Source: Hemiscyllium ocellatum
Taxonomy: Eukaryota
Reading direction: 5' to 3'
DNA length: 64,000 nucleotides
Assembly: GCF_020745735.1 (NCBI RefSeq)
Contig: NC_083409.1
Coordinates: forward strand, 10,405,534-10,469,533
In this document: in pieces, positions 37,500 through 49,019 of the stretch
Position numbering within the stretch: position 1 is the first letter of the stretch
How the letters are laid out: each line of letters begins with the position of its first letter
Made by a program: the position numbers and the translations under genes
The notes under the pieces: generated by a model
Databases searched by the model: none
Told to the model about the DNA's origin: nothing
What the model saw: only the letters and a program-made list of their open reading frames with translations

Positions 37500-39630
37500 G
37501 AAAACCTCATCCCCCACCCCGAGCCTTGCCCCTTATAATGCTATCCCCCCACGACCTCGAACTCTCTGAGTCCAAAAGGTCCATCCTGAGAAAAGGGCTC
37601 ACATTCGTTCCCCACCTCAAAAAATCCCGCACCCACCAGGACGTGGAGCTCTTCTTCCGCCGCCTCTACCTCCGTGTCTTCTTCTTTAACAAAAACTCCC
37701 AAACTCCCTCTGAGGACCCCTCCTCCCACCTTCAACCTTCCTCCTCCACTTGGTCAACCCCCCACCCCCCCCCCCCCCCACCAGCTGTGTACACCCAATT
37801 TCTTCATTGCTGACCATTGATGTGACATCCCCCTCCACCAATACCCTCCTCCATCTGGCCGAACTGGTCCTCACCCTCAACAACTTTTCCTTTAACTCCT
37901 CCCAGTTCCTCTAAATCCAGGGGTGGCTATGATTACCTGGATGGGCCCCAGCTCCCCCTGCCCCTTTATTGGCTATGCTGAACAGTCCCTCTTCAGTGCC
38001 TACACAGGCACTGTGCCCCAGCTCTGCTACCATTACATCGATGACTGCATTGGTGCAGTGACCTGCACCCAGGCTGAACTGGAGCAGTTCATCGTCTTCA
38101 CCCACAACTTGCACCCTACCCTCAAATTCACTTGGTCCACCTTCGACACCTCCCTCCTCTTTACTGACCTCTCCATTCCCATCTCCGGTGACAGTGTTCA
38201 GATCGACATTTACTGAAAACTCACAGACTCCCATTATTACTCGGACTATACTTTCTCCCACCCAGTATCCTGCAAGAACTCCATCCCATTCTTCCAATTC
38301 CTCCGCCTCAGCTCTATCTGCTCGTATGAGGAGACATTCCACTCCCAAGGATTCCAGATGTCCACCTATTTCGAACAACATGCTTTTGCTCCCTCTGTCA
38401 TCCATCGCACCACCTCCATTTCCCGTTCCACTGCTCTAAACCCACCCCCCTCCAAACAGAATAAAGACAGAGTGCCCATTGTCCTCACCTATCATCCAAA
38501 CCGATCTCTGTATCCAACACATCATCCTATTCCGCCAAGCCTAACAAGACCCCACCACCAAGAATGTCTTCCTCACCATACCCCTGTCTGCCTTCCACAG
38601 GGACTGTTCCCTTTGACAATTCTTGGTTTGCACCACTCTCTCCACCATCTCTCCTGAACCCCTCAGTACCTTCCCCTGCAAACGAAAAGGATGCAAAGCC
38701 TGCTGGTACACCAACCCCAGCACCTCCATCCAGGACCCCAAACAGTCCTTCCAGGTGAGACAGAGTTTCACCTACCTCTCCTCCAACCTAGTTTACTGCG
38801 TCAGGTGCCCGGAATGTGATCTTCTCTACATCGGGAAGACCAAACATAAACTTAGGCAGTGGTTGGCCGTGCATCTCAGCTGGGCCTGTAGGGGCCGACC
38901 AGACCTCCCAGTCACCACCCATTTTAATTCCCCTTCCCACTCCCTTTCCTCCGAGTTCAATTCCCGCCTCGGGCAACTGACTGTGTGGAGTTTACACATT
39001 CTCCCCGTGTCTGCGTGGGTTTCCTCTGGGTGTTCCGGTTTCCTCCCACAGTCCAAAAATGTGCAGGTTAGATGAATTGGCCATGCTAAATTGCCCATAG
39101 TGTTAGGCGGAGGGGTAAATGTAGGGGAATGGGTCTGGGTGGGTTGTGCTTCGGCGGGTCAGTGTGGACTTGTTGGGCTGAGGGGCCTGTTTCCATTCTG
39201 TAAGTAATCTAATCTAATCTAATCAACATGACCATCTTTGGCCTCCTCCATTGCTACAATGAACCAAATCACAAATTGGAGGAACAACACCTCATCTTCC
39301 GCCTGGGCAGCCTACAGCCCAGAGGATTCAACACTGAGTTCTCCAATTTCAAATACCCTCCCTTCCCATTCCCTGACTCCCTCCCCAGCCCCTCCCATCT
39401 CTTCCACTCCTCTCTGCCACCAAACAGATTCATTCCTTCCATTGACGAACCAGGTCGTGTCCTCTGCCTGTCTTCATCTATCCCCGTTCTCCACCCTGCC
39501 CCAGCCACCCCCTTTATCTGCAGCTCCGCCTACACCCACCGCCATTCCTGAAGAAGGGTTACACCCAAAACATCAACTTCTTAACCGCCTGATGCTGCCT
39601 GACTTGCTGTGTTCCTCCAACCTCCTGCCT
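37500..39630 (+). mobile_element. Penelope-like retroelement (RT plus GIY-YIG endonuclease), decayed
   Basis: LRKGLTFVP, MGPS..YHYIDDC (RT), NLVYCVRC..LYIGKTK (GIY-YIG) and LEEQHLIFRLGSLQPRGFN; terminal hammerhead-like CTGAAGA-AGGGTTACACCC-AAAACATC at 39548-39573. Confidence 0.9.
38950..39225 (+). mobile_element. HE1-type SINE nested in the Penelope element
   Basis: SINE body with a (TAATC)n tail interrupting the GIY-YIG domain. Confidence 0.85.
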
Positions 39631-41499
39631 GTCATTGAATGGAACCAGCAGGAAAGGGCTGGACAATCAAGTGTCGGGGCCATCAACAAATGGGAATGGG
39701 ACACACTACAGATAGATGCATTGAGACAGTCAATCACAAAGAGAAGACCAAACTGGAAATGAAATATTCATACACAGTTTGAATTTAATATCAGAAAGTG
39801 TGAGACCATACACTTTGTTCAGAATAATCGAAAGGCTGACTATTATTTAAATAGTGAGAGATTCCAACAAAGCGCAGTACAGAGTGATCTGGGTCGTATT
39901 GTGCATGAAACACTGAAGGTTAGTGCATGTACCGTCAGTAATTGAGAAGGTGAATGGAATTTTCACCTTTATTGCTGGGGATTGGAATTTAAAAGTAGAG
40001 AAATCTTGTTGAAACTTTATAGGGTGTTGTGAGCCTGCATTTGAAGTATTGTGTGCAATTTTGGTCCCTGTATTCAAGAAAGGATGGACAGTCATTGGAG
40101 TCCTACTCCTGCTTCAATTTCTCATGTTCTTGTCTGCTCCAGTGTCCCTCCCTCACAGCACAACTGGTTTGTCCCCTGCCTGCAGTAGCAGCCTCCAGTC
40201 TCTGGGTGGTGCTGCCATACGATCTGACTTGCCCAGGCTGTCACAATTTCCACATCACAACAATGCCTGGACTTTGGAAGTATTGAATTGGCTGTAAAAC
40301 ATTTTCCAACATTCAAGCTCAAAAACGGCATCATAGAAATATAATTCTCTCTCCTTTTATATTTTGTCTCCAGGCCTTCCCACCTGTCATCCAACAACAT
40401 CGCACACTTGTGTAAAATCTTGAATGGATCATGAATCTCTGGGAGAACTTACTTTGTGACAACACTGGGTCTAATGACCACATCCTCAGTGGGCTTTGAG
40501 GGTGAAGGTCAATAGCAGTCTCACTGGCACTTGATCTGAATTGTCTCCAGTCAGTCAGTGCTTTTGTCTGGTCCAGACAGTACTGACCAACCTTAGATCC
40601 CTGTGATCTGATTGAGATGAAGGGTGAGCTGTGCTGGACTTTCACACATGGCTCACACACATGGTGAAGCAGGGATTCCCCATTTCAGAAGAGTAAATGG
40701 AATGAACGAACTGGGTGGATGTGACATCTCCACCTGTCCCCAAGAGAGTGGGGACAGGAACAGTAAGATTCTCACACAGAAAGGATGTAAACATTTTAAC
40801 CCAGAGAGGGAGAGGGGGTAGGAAAAGCAATGTTCACTAAAGACAGGGGACAGTATCTGTCTGTTCCCCACTTTCTTGTTGTGTTGTGACCTTGGGAAAT
40901 TGGTTTGGTTTATATTTTCTCAGTTGTATTTAGGTTTCATAAAGCTTTGGGTCATCTTGTTTCGTAATGCCTTATCTGGCCCTTGGTGATTTTATTTTGT
41001 CCGATAACACTCCCACAAAGTGTCTGATTTAAACAGGATTGTCCGGAAGTACCCATCAAGTTTAGTCAGCATTTGTGGGGAAAGATACAGATAACATTTC
41101 AGGGGCTGACGTTCTTTCAAACTCAATTTACTTTTTCTGAAAAGGGAAATGCTGTTTGAAGCTTTTAATTTTGTTCTGATCAGGACAGAATTGGAAGAAT
41201 ACCAAATCTCAAAGGATTATGTTGATTTTGTGGCAGGTCTTAGTCCTTGCGTTCTGGTTTTCTTTGTTTTGTTTTTGCATGTGCCTTCACGTTTTTGATG
41301 TTGGACTGAGTCCCCTGTGAGATAATGCACCTTTCCAGAGGAAAGATTCCTCTGTGGGACAGCCTGGTCCTTTGTGGGTGGACTTGACCTTTGGAAAGAC
41401 TGAACACCTGTGTGTGTGCTGGGAGGTGAGCATTTGCTGCTTCCTGGATTGGACCCTGGATTGGATGGGTCACTACTTCCTTGGGAAGAGCTCATTCAT

Positions 41500-42100
41500 T
41501 CATCAGCGCTGCTGGAGGCGGGGCCAGTGACGTCATTCCACACAGGTCGTATTTGCTCACGTGATCACAGGGTCTTACGCCTCAACGTGGCGCCAATGAA
41601 TCGCTGTATCTCGCTTGGTCCTTATTCGGTAAAAAAAAGTTGAACAGACTGAAGTAAAACCGCTTATTCAAGTCGTACTTATATTTAAAATAGTAGTTTA
41701 TCATAATTGGAGTGCGACCGATTCCGTTGCCTTGCACGAATTCCTCCTTTTCCCTCAGTGGGGGAGGGTATTCTCTGTGTCCGTGTATTGTTTGGGAGGT
41801 GGACCCGCCGATGGCGGCTCCGGGGTTGACCGGGACAGCGGGGGAATGACGTTTTAGAGAAAGCCGTGAGGTTACCCGCTGCGGTGTCATTGCGCAGGCG
41901 CGGTACAATATGACGCGGTGTCAATGCGCAGGCGTGGGATTATCGGCTTGGGTCGTGCGCAGGCGCGCCGCTGCCGGCCAATGTGTCGTTGCGCAGGCGC
42001 GGCATGACCGGCTACGGTGCACGAGTCTTTGGATCGCGGGGAATTCAAAATGGAACGGCTCAGTGTCAGAGAGAACAGCCCAGTGAGGCTTGGAGCTCCT
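41500..42100. promoter_or_regulatory. CpG-island, housekeeping-type promoter
   Basis: CpG-rich in a CpG-poor window; TGACGTCA 41528-41535, TCACGTGA 41557-41564, CCAAT boxes, YY1-like GATGGCGGC 41810-41818 and four TGCGCAGGCG(C/T) at 41891, 41925, 41956 and 41990. Confidence 0.75.
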
Positions 42101-42875
42101 CTCAGAGTCAAATCTAACACCAAGACTGTCCAGACTGGCTTCACCTACTGTTGTAATGGAGACTGGATTCAAAGCAATTACGTTAATTTTCAGTTGGAGG
42201 AAATCCCCTGCTCATCTGTGATTACGGAAAACAAAAATGTAGTGGATGTGTGTGTCCTGCTGGTGCAGCATTATTGTTCACACCGAGTTACCTTTGAGTA
42301 GGTGGCAGTGGGCTGTCTTGAACCACTGCAGTGTGTGAGCTGTAGGTAGATCCGCAGTGCCCTTGGGTGGAGTTCCTGGATTTTGAACCAGTGATAGTGA
42401 AGGAGTGTCAGTATATTTCTAAGTTAGGATGGTGAGTGGCTTGAAGAGGAATTTGCAGGTAGTAGTTTTCCCATATATCTGCCTTTGTTCTTTTAGATGG
42501 AAGGTTTTATTTTTGAAGGAGCTGTTCAATAACTGTCATAGTTGAGGAGGGAATAAAGGCTAAGTTCATTGGCTTCTTTGGCTACAAACACATCCATTGA
42601 ATTTGGACTAAATGATAACAGCCCCTGAGCTGCCAGCTGGATACCAGAAGATTGTGTTTTAGGAGGATTGTGTGTTAGACGGAGATGTGTGTAGATTGAG
42701 ACGGAGAAAAAACAATTTACTTCAGTCGTCGTGTTAGATATGGCTTGGATAAGAGTTATTTCAAAAACGTGGCAAATTACAAAATTGATTGGAAGGGTTT
42801 ACATGTCGGATTTGGGAAAGATGAGCACAGATTTGAGGCAACAACGTATGTTATATGAAAATTAGCAGGCACTGA

Positions 42876-44419
42876 TGTTAAAGTACAGATTTGAGATGGC
42901 CCAAGGAATCCCTTGTGGCCTCAGACCTGTAAGCCTCTCTTGGTTTGTCCCGGCTATTGCACTCTGAGTCTGGAATAGCCTGGAATAAAAACATCTTACG
43001 GACAGTTTAGTTTAATTTTAGTCTTCCCCTTTATTTACCAATAACATCTCTGTTACAACATAACACTGGGACTTATTAGCCTGACTAACTAAGATTCTAA
43101 AATCTTAGGAGAGTAGCGACCAGCTCTGCCTTGAAGAGCTCTAGCAGGTAACTCTCTCCTGTCACAAACAGGTTTCCTTTATACAAAATTTTACAAAAAC
43201 ATTGCATTTGATTAGATTTAAGCACTTGGCGAGACAAGTCCTTACTATAATAAGGAGGTACCAGTCGAAACTAAGTGGGAGAAGTCGTAAGGTAATCTTG
43301 CATGTCAAGTATCGTTTTTTCCAAAATGGCTTCTTAGCAAGGAGGGCAAACTTTGACCATTTAAAAAATGGCTTCCTCATAGATTGTGTCAGAATCTCTT
43401 CTATATTGGGTGAGAATAATTTTTAAACTATGAGCAGACTCTTGCTTTTTATCTTAAGCAAACAATCATTCTGAACCTGAGGCTGAATTGTTACTGCAAA
43501 GTTGTATTTCAAATGATTCATTTGTCTTGAATTAGACATTTAATTTCTTTTCAGGGTTGTGGTTCAAATTCAAAGAGGACATAGATCTGACTCGTTAGAA
43601 TTGATAGTGGGGCAGTCATGGTCTGTAAGAACAGCAAGTAAGTTAAAAGCTTCGTCAGCATTACCTTTTATAGAATTTGCATTTCATAATCAGCGATTGT
43701 TACTTAAAATAATCATAAAGTCCCAAAATGCAATTAAGTTCAAAACAAGGGTTATGGAGATAACAACGGAACAGGATAATGATTGTACATAATCAGCCAT
43801 GGCCATAATAAATGATGGTGCTAGCTTGAAGGGCCGAATGGCCTACTCCTGCACCTGTTTTCTATATTGAATCCACAACAAGTAAGCGTGCATTCCAACC
43901 AAATCACAGTTAATTTTCTATTGGTTTTGGCAATCTCAGCGTTAAAATGTTGTTCTCTCACTCTAGTGTCTTTTTGAACACCCAGGTTAGGGACTGTAAC
44001 AGAATAATGTTTTTCCCTTTCTGTCTGCCGAGCCTGCATGGGTAATAAGAATCCAGTATAATTAATACGACCTGACCATTAATTACAAGGCTTTTGACAT
44101 GCTTGCAGGATGATACCAAGTCAGAGATCAGAATTAAACACTGTCATTAATTTCACAAGTAAACACCCATGAATGTTATCACTCTGTGTCCTGTTTACAC
44201 AGATTCATTGCTGTTAAGGCAATTGTTCTTAATTGCCTTGGAGCATCCTGTTACCACTTGGTGAGAACAGATGTTTTTATCTTCTGCACATCCTGGGTTC
44301 ACCCTTTTGTGGCCTGGTGCCTCCCTGGCTGTCCTGTTTATTTTCTACTGTGCAACAAATATGTTCTATAATTCAACATTACATTTAGTCAAAATGTTTT
44401 AAGGCTATAAACTTTCTCA
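42876..44419 (-). mobile_element. ERV 3' LTR (with a small CR1-tail insert at about 43790-43870)
   Basis: Minus strand runs TGAGAAAG...CTTTAACA (imperfect terminal inverted repeats); preceded by polypurine tract AAAGGAGGGAA (44430-44420); TATAAA 43183-43178 and AATAAA 43035-43030; its U5 end matches 48204-48320. Confidence 0.8.
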
Positions 44420-44489
44420 TTCCCTCCTTTAGTCATTTCATGACAACTACATAAGTTATACAAGTATAATTAGTTCATTCAGTCTATTT

Positions 44490-46785
44490 GTATTCTCAAT
44501 AATTTGAGTGCTTCCTCTTGCGAGTCATTGTCCGGAGGATCAGAGCGGAAAGACACTGGATTTCAGCAGAGACATTCAGACGTGGAGCTACAGGGGTAGG
44601 CAAGGGTCGATTAACAAGATTCCTCTATGGCTTAGGCGAAAAGCAATGTACAGTCCATTCCATGCATAAGTGGATGACACTGAATATTCCTAGGATGAGA
44701 CCGGGGCCTATCAGTACGTTCCACACAGCGACCAAAGCCAGCAAGTAATACTCCATCCATATGGATCGGATGATGGTGCGGCAGGTGTCTTCCCTACATC
44801 TTGACCAGTTTTGTTGATAACATCTATGTTGTCCAAAATGTCTTTAGAGAAATCATTGATGTAGATGCAACATTGTTGGCCAATAACAGAACAAGCACCT
44901 CCTTCTTCAGCAAGGAGGAAACGTAGCATGAGCCAATTCTGAAGTGTTACCATCCAGGTCTCCTGTACCTCTTTGTTCACCAGTTTCAAAGCGTGGGTAG
45001 TTGAGTTGGCAAGTGTATCGATGTCATGCACACGGTCAGTTACCTGATCTCGGGCCTTCTCAACATCCCAGCCAGGAGTAAGGCCTCCCAGCAACTTGCA
45101 TCACCAGGTTTCTTGATGGAAGAAGTTGTCTAAGTCCTGCTTGAATTTCCTCTACGTTTTGTTCCATTATGCTTCACATGTTGGTAGGCGTTCATTCATC
45201 ACCTACCTCAGATACTTCATGGTGGAGGGTAAAAAGTGGTAAATTTTGTACTAGGGCACAACATTGGTACCAGTCATTGGGTAAATATGGGTGGCCTTTG
45301 TTTTCACATCGCCAATGAAGGCTAAAAGGAGTTCCAAAGGCACACTTCTGTGCGTGAATGATGAGTCCACTCAAGGCGAGAGCTGATTCTTGTAAATAGT
45401 GGGTGCTCTCAAACGTTTGGATGTCCAAGTGTATTAATGAATGAAGAGCAGGAGTATGAACAGTGTCTTTGATAACATTTTTACACAGTGCTGGCTTCAC
45501 TTTCCCCATGTCTTGGGTACCGGATGTTCTTTCAACGCACCATTCTAACAGCAAAACAACATCAAAGTTGAATCCTTGACGTTTGTTAGTGCATTTCACA
45601 TAGAGATGCACCTTCTACCGAATGGGTTTTGCCATCATAAATGAGGGGTTGCATAAGTGGGTGAATCCTATTTCTACACTGTACATCAGAATGATGGAAG
45701 AGTGAGCAAATGACACATGGATCGGGGGTTTAGCTTGAGTAAAGAAACTATTGGTAACAGAAGGGAGATTGGGAGTGCATAGTATCTTTCCAGCTCGTCA
45801 TCTTAATTACAGTAAGTATTGAATACAGGAACTGTATACAGAGGAACCTCGATTATCCAAATGAGACGGGCCGGCACTATTTCATTCAGATAATTGATTG
45901 ATTATTCGGTTAATTGATTTCCTCTGGGTCTGTGAAGTCTGATCCCCGATCAGGACGCACGCAACATTTTGACAGGTTCTGCCTCTGTCCTGTACAGGGC
46001 AATGTTGGAGCGATAATCTAGGGATGGGGTGTTTGGGGTTCACCCCTGTTTAGAACTCTGGGGAGAGAGAGAGGGCAGGAGGTCAGTCATTTGGAGATGG
46101 TGTCTGGACTGGTCAGGACTGTCCTCGGCAGCATTTCAGTGAGCCGAGCATGCTTTTAATCATTGTACCTGTAAACAGAAGACGTGATCAGGATTGAAAT
46201 CCTGATGTAATGTTTCTATCGGGACCTTAAGATCACCTTCGGATAATCCGATATTCGGATAATTGAGGAACCTGTGTAAAGGTATTTCTGTCAGTGGTGG
46301 TAGGTCGAATAGGTGAAGGTGCCATCGAGAAGGCATAGGTTGTCTGTCACGGGAGTAGATGCCTGAGGGTTTTGTGATTTCGGTACTATGTGCTCAATAC
46401 TGCAATCCGTACGGTTTGTTTTGAGAGGGGAACAGACAGACATTTCAAAGTAACAGTTTTCGGTTGACAGAATTGTGCCATCTCATGATGTCTGGCATGG
46501 AAGTGTTGCGAGGATGATGACAAGGTCGAGAGTGATGTTTGGATACAAAATGTGAGCAGTTTAACTGAGTTTCAGCTGGGCAGCTGCATTCATAACTTCC
46601 AATGGTATTAGTACAGGTTTCATTTGTACAGTTACATTGGAATTGTAGGCAGTCTGAGATATCACAGATTAGTCGGTTACATCTGGACGTATGTACTTGT
46701 GTTGGGTTTTCATCGGATACCTGTATCAGTACTAACACAGGACTGTGAGGGAGATACACGCTTGCAATGTCCTTTGTCGATCCAA
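44490..46785 (-). pseudogene. env: ERV envelope (class I, gamma-type TM) with an N-terminal EGF-like domain; disrupted by stops, frameshifts and a MITE
   Basis: TM immunosuppressive domain LQNWLMLRFLLAEEGG plus CX6CC (CSVIGQQCC) in ORF 44711-45094; SU motif HWRCENKGHPYLPNDWYQCCAL in ORF 45192-45611; hydrophobic anchor region near 44660-44745; EGF-like segment 46556-46666. Confidence 0.88.
45839..46276. mobile_element. Tc1/pogo (Tigger-like) MITE inserted in env
   Basis: TIRs CAGAGGAACCTCGATTATCC / GGATAATTGAGGAACCTGTG flanked by TA at 45837-45838 and 46277-46278. Confidence 0.85.
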
Positions 46786-47755
46786 GTTGAACATTCTTCT
46801 ACCTTTACTGCAGTTTCAGTTGTCAGAAAATCTTGATAAGGACCTTTCCAGCGAGGGCCCAATCTTTGATGATTAAAGTCCTTCAATCGTATGTAGTCAC
46901 CAGGATTGATGTTTTTAAACTTTGGAGTTAGCTCCTCTTCCTTCCCTGGTACACAATAGGCTGCTTTGACTTGTTCTTAAAAATGTATTGCTTCAGGAAA
47001 TGGCCTGAAGAAGGGCTTATGCCCGAAACGTTGATTGTTCTGTTCCTTTGATGCTGCCTGACCTGCTGCGCTTTTCCAGCAACACATTTTTAAGCTCTGA
47101 TCTCCAGCCCTCACTTTCTCCTGCTTTGACCTGTTGATGATACGACTGCAATGCTTTGGTCAGCTTAATCTGGTACGTGTGCATTTCTTCTGCCGTGACA
47201 TGCACATCAACCGGGTGTTGGAGAGTTAATGGTGCAGACCAGGGAGTCCTCATGGGCTTTCCATATATCAGTTCAGTCGCCGAGAATCCCGTCTTTTTCT
47301 ATGTCATGGTTTTCTCATATAAAAGGGCATTTGGGAATACTTGCAGCCAATTACGACCAGTTTCTTCCACCAACTTGCTGAGCTGACCTTTTAAATTACA
47401 ATTGGCTTTTTCTACAATTCCCACTGCTGGGAGATGTTTGGCACAATGGAATTTTCACTCATATTCAAACTCTTACATAGTGCCTTGTTTAGCTCCGCAC
47501 AGAAATGGGAGCCATTATCAGAAGAAACCTTTACTGGGATTCCAAATCTGGGCATGATTTCCTTTAACAGAATTTTACAAGTAGTTGTTGCTGTGCAGTC
47601 AGTACAGGGATAAACTCCAATCCGTTTGTTAAATACATTGATTATCACTCAGCAATACTTATAACAATGGCATCTCGGTGACACCCTAAACACTCACTGG
47701 ATAGTGTCAAAAGGTGCACTAGGCAAGGGAAGTGAATGGACTAATTCCCCTTTTA
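46710..47755 (-). pseudogene. pol: ERV integrase (core and C-terminal domain), decayed
   Basis: PSAPFDTIQ, LLKEIMPRFGIPVKVSSDNGSHF, GIVEKAN, PGDYIRLK..GPRWKGPY..TTETAVKV..TWIDKGHCKRV; stop at 46712-46710. No RT or protease seen, so an internal deletion is inferred. Confidence 0.9.
46976..47120 (+). mobile_element. Hammerhead-bearing short element inserted in the ERV integrase
   Basis: CTGAAGA-AGGGCTTATGCCC-GAAAC-GTT at 47005-47032; flanked by a 15-bp direct repeat CTGCTTTGAC(T/C)TGTT (46961-46975 and 47121-47135). Confidence 0.75.
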
Positions 47756-47759
47756 ATAC

Positions 47760-47900
47760 AATTTTGTCTCCATGATGATTGAATTTTCATTTTTCCCGAG
47801 CTACCTTTTACCGTGCTGATATGGCTTCTTTCTGCTTACTTCCCTTTCTTTTTTCCCAAATTTGTTGCTCAATTTTAATACGCGCCCATATTTATCCAAC
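47760..47900 (-). pseudogene. gag: Possible remnant of the gag matrix region
   Basis: Basic degenerate frame IKIEQQIWEKRKGSKQKEAISAR*KVAREK between the leader and the integrase; called mostly from position. Confidence 0.3.
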
Positions 47901-48095
47901 TTAGTTTAAATCTTCACATAACTATTGATCTACAGGGGCTCCAATCCACAAAACACAGGGGCCTCTAATCCCACAAGATTCTGTTTTTAGTACCTAATTT
48001 AAACAATCTCATTTAGGGTTTCGTCCGGGTACCGTGAGAATGAAATGGGGGAAGCAGCACACAAAGAAGCAGACCGAGAGCAATCGAGGTATAAT

Positions 48096-48103
48096 CTTAC
48101 CTT
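48096..48103 (-). promoter_or_regulatory. ERV major splice donor
   Basis: AAG|GTAAG about 80 nt downstream of the primer-binding site. Confidence 0.6.
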
Positions 48104-48182
48104 GTGGACCCATTGGTCTCGAGTCCGACCCTTCGATGAAGCTCCTGTTTTCGAGTTTCATTCAAACTTATCCCTTGTTGGA

Positions 48183-48200
48183 ACCCTGCTCGCAGCGCCA
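48183..48200 (-). promoter_or_regulatory. Primer-binding site, tRNA-Ser-like
   Basis: TGGCGCTGCGAGCAGGGT; the + strand GAACCCTGCTCGCAGCGCCA resembles the 3' end of vertebrate tRNA-Ser(UGA/CGA) as I recall it; 3 nt from the LTR end. Confidence 0.8.
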
Positions 48201-48203
48201 AAT

Positions 48204-48320
48204 TGATAAACTACAGGTTTGAGATGGCCCAGGGAATCCCTTGTGAACTCAACCTGTAAGCCTCTCTTGGCTCATCCCGGAGATAGTATTTTTGGTAGTC
48301 TGGAATTAAAATATTCCTGA
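48204..48320 (-). mobile_element. Truncated ERV 5' LTR (U5 end only)
   Basis: About 10 differences in the first 78 nt versus 42876 onward (counted by eye); homology is lost after about 48320. Confidence 0.8.
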
Positions 48321-49019
48321 TGAAAGGCACTTCATGAAAGTGCTTGACAAGTTCTCATACTGTCCATTCTTTTCTGAGCATTCAATGTAGGAAATCACTG
48401 AAATAGGAGCTTGGATCAGTTTGATTTGACACAGCAACATCCTGACTAAACCGACATATGTTTTTCTGATTTGTCAATATTTGCGTTTACCCATAAAGAG
48501 CAGGAATAAAAAAGGGGTGCAGCAGTCGACGAAAGTGACCTGAAGTTGGAAAGTTGAAGCTCAGAACATTCAGCCTGAAATCATTCATTCCCCTAAATAC
48601 ATGACAGTTGGTAGATGAAGAGATTCTCCATACTTCTACATGGAACCAGGAAAGGTTTGAACAGCCTGTATCAATTTCCAAAAATGTGGTTAATTGTAAC
48701 TCGCCATATTTCTTGCGGTTGAACAGTTTGAAGGATATTCGCTGGTTTCATCATGATGTATCTGACCCTAAACTGTTCAAAAGCTGTATTCTTCTCATCC
48801 TCCACACTCCATGATATCAGCGGTGGGATCTCTCCCTTTGTGAGCCGAATGAAATACTGATTACTACTAATGGATAAGTGTGACAAGTTTATTTTTAAAG
48901 CTCAGTAAGATGATTTGTGATACTTTGCAACTTCGTAAAGATGATTTTTTCGCCACCTTGATTAGGACAAAAAATTTTAAAAATTAAAACGGAGTATAAA
49001 ACAAAGGCATTTCGTATGC

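Noticed and set aside
40371-40625. Exon-like segment with a strong acceptor at about 40371
   Set aside because: Stops in all three frames and no recognisable motif, so there is too little to call.
42017-42301. ORF MHESLDRGEFKMERLSV.. as a stand-alone gene
   Set aside because: No recognisable domain; at most a first exon of the unidentified transcript.
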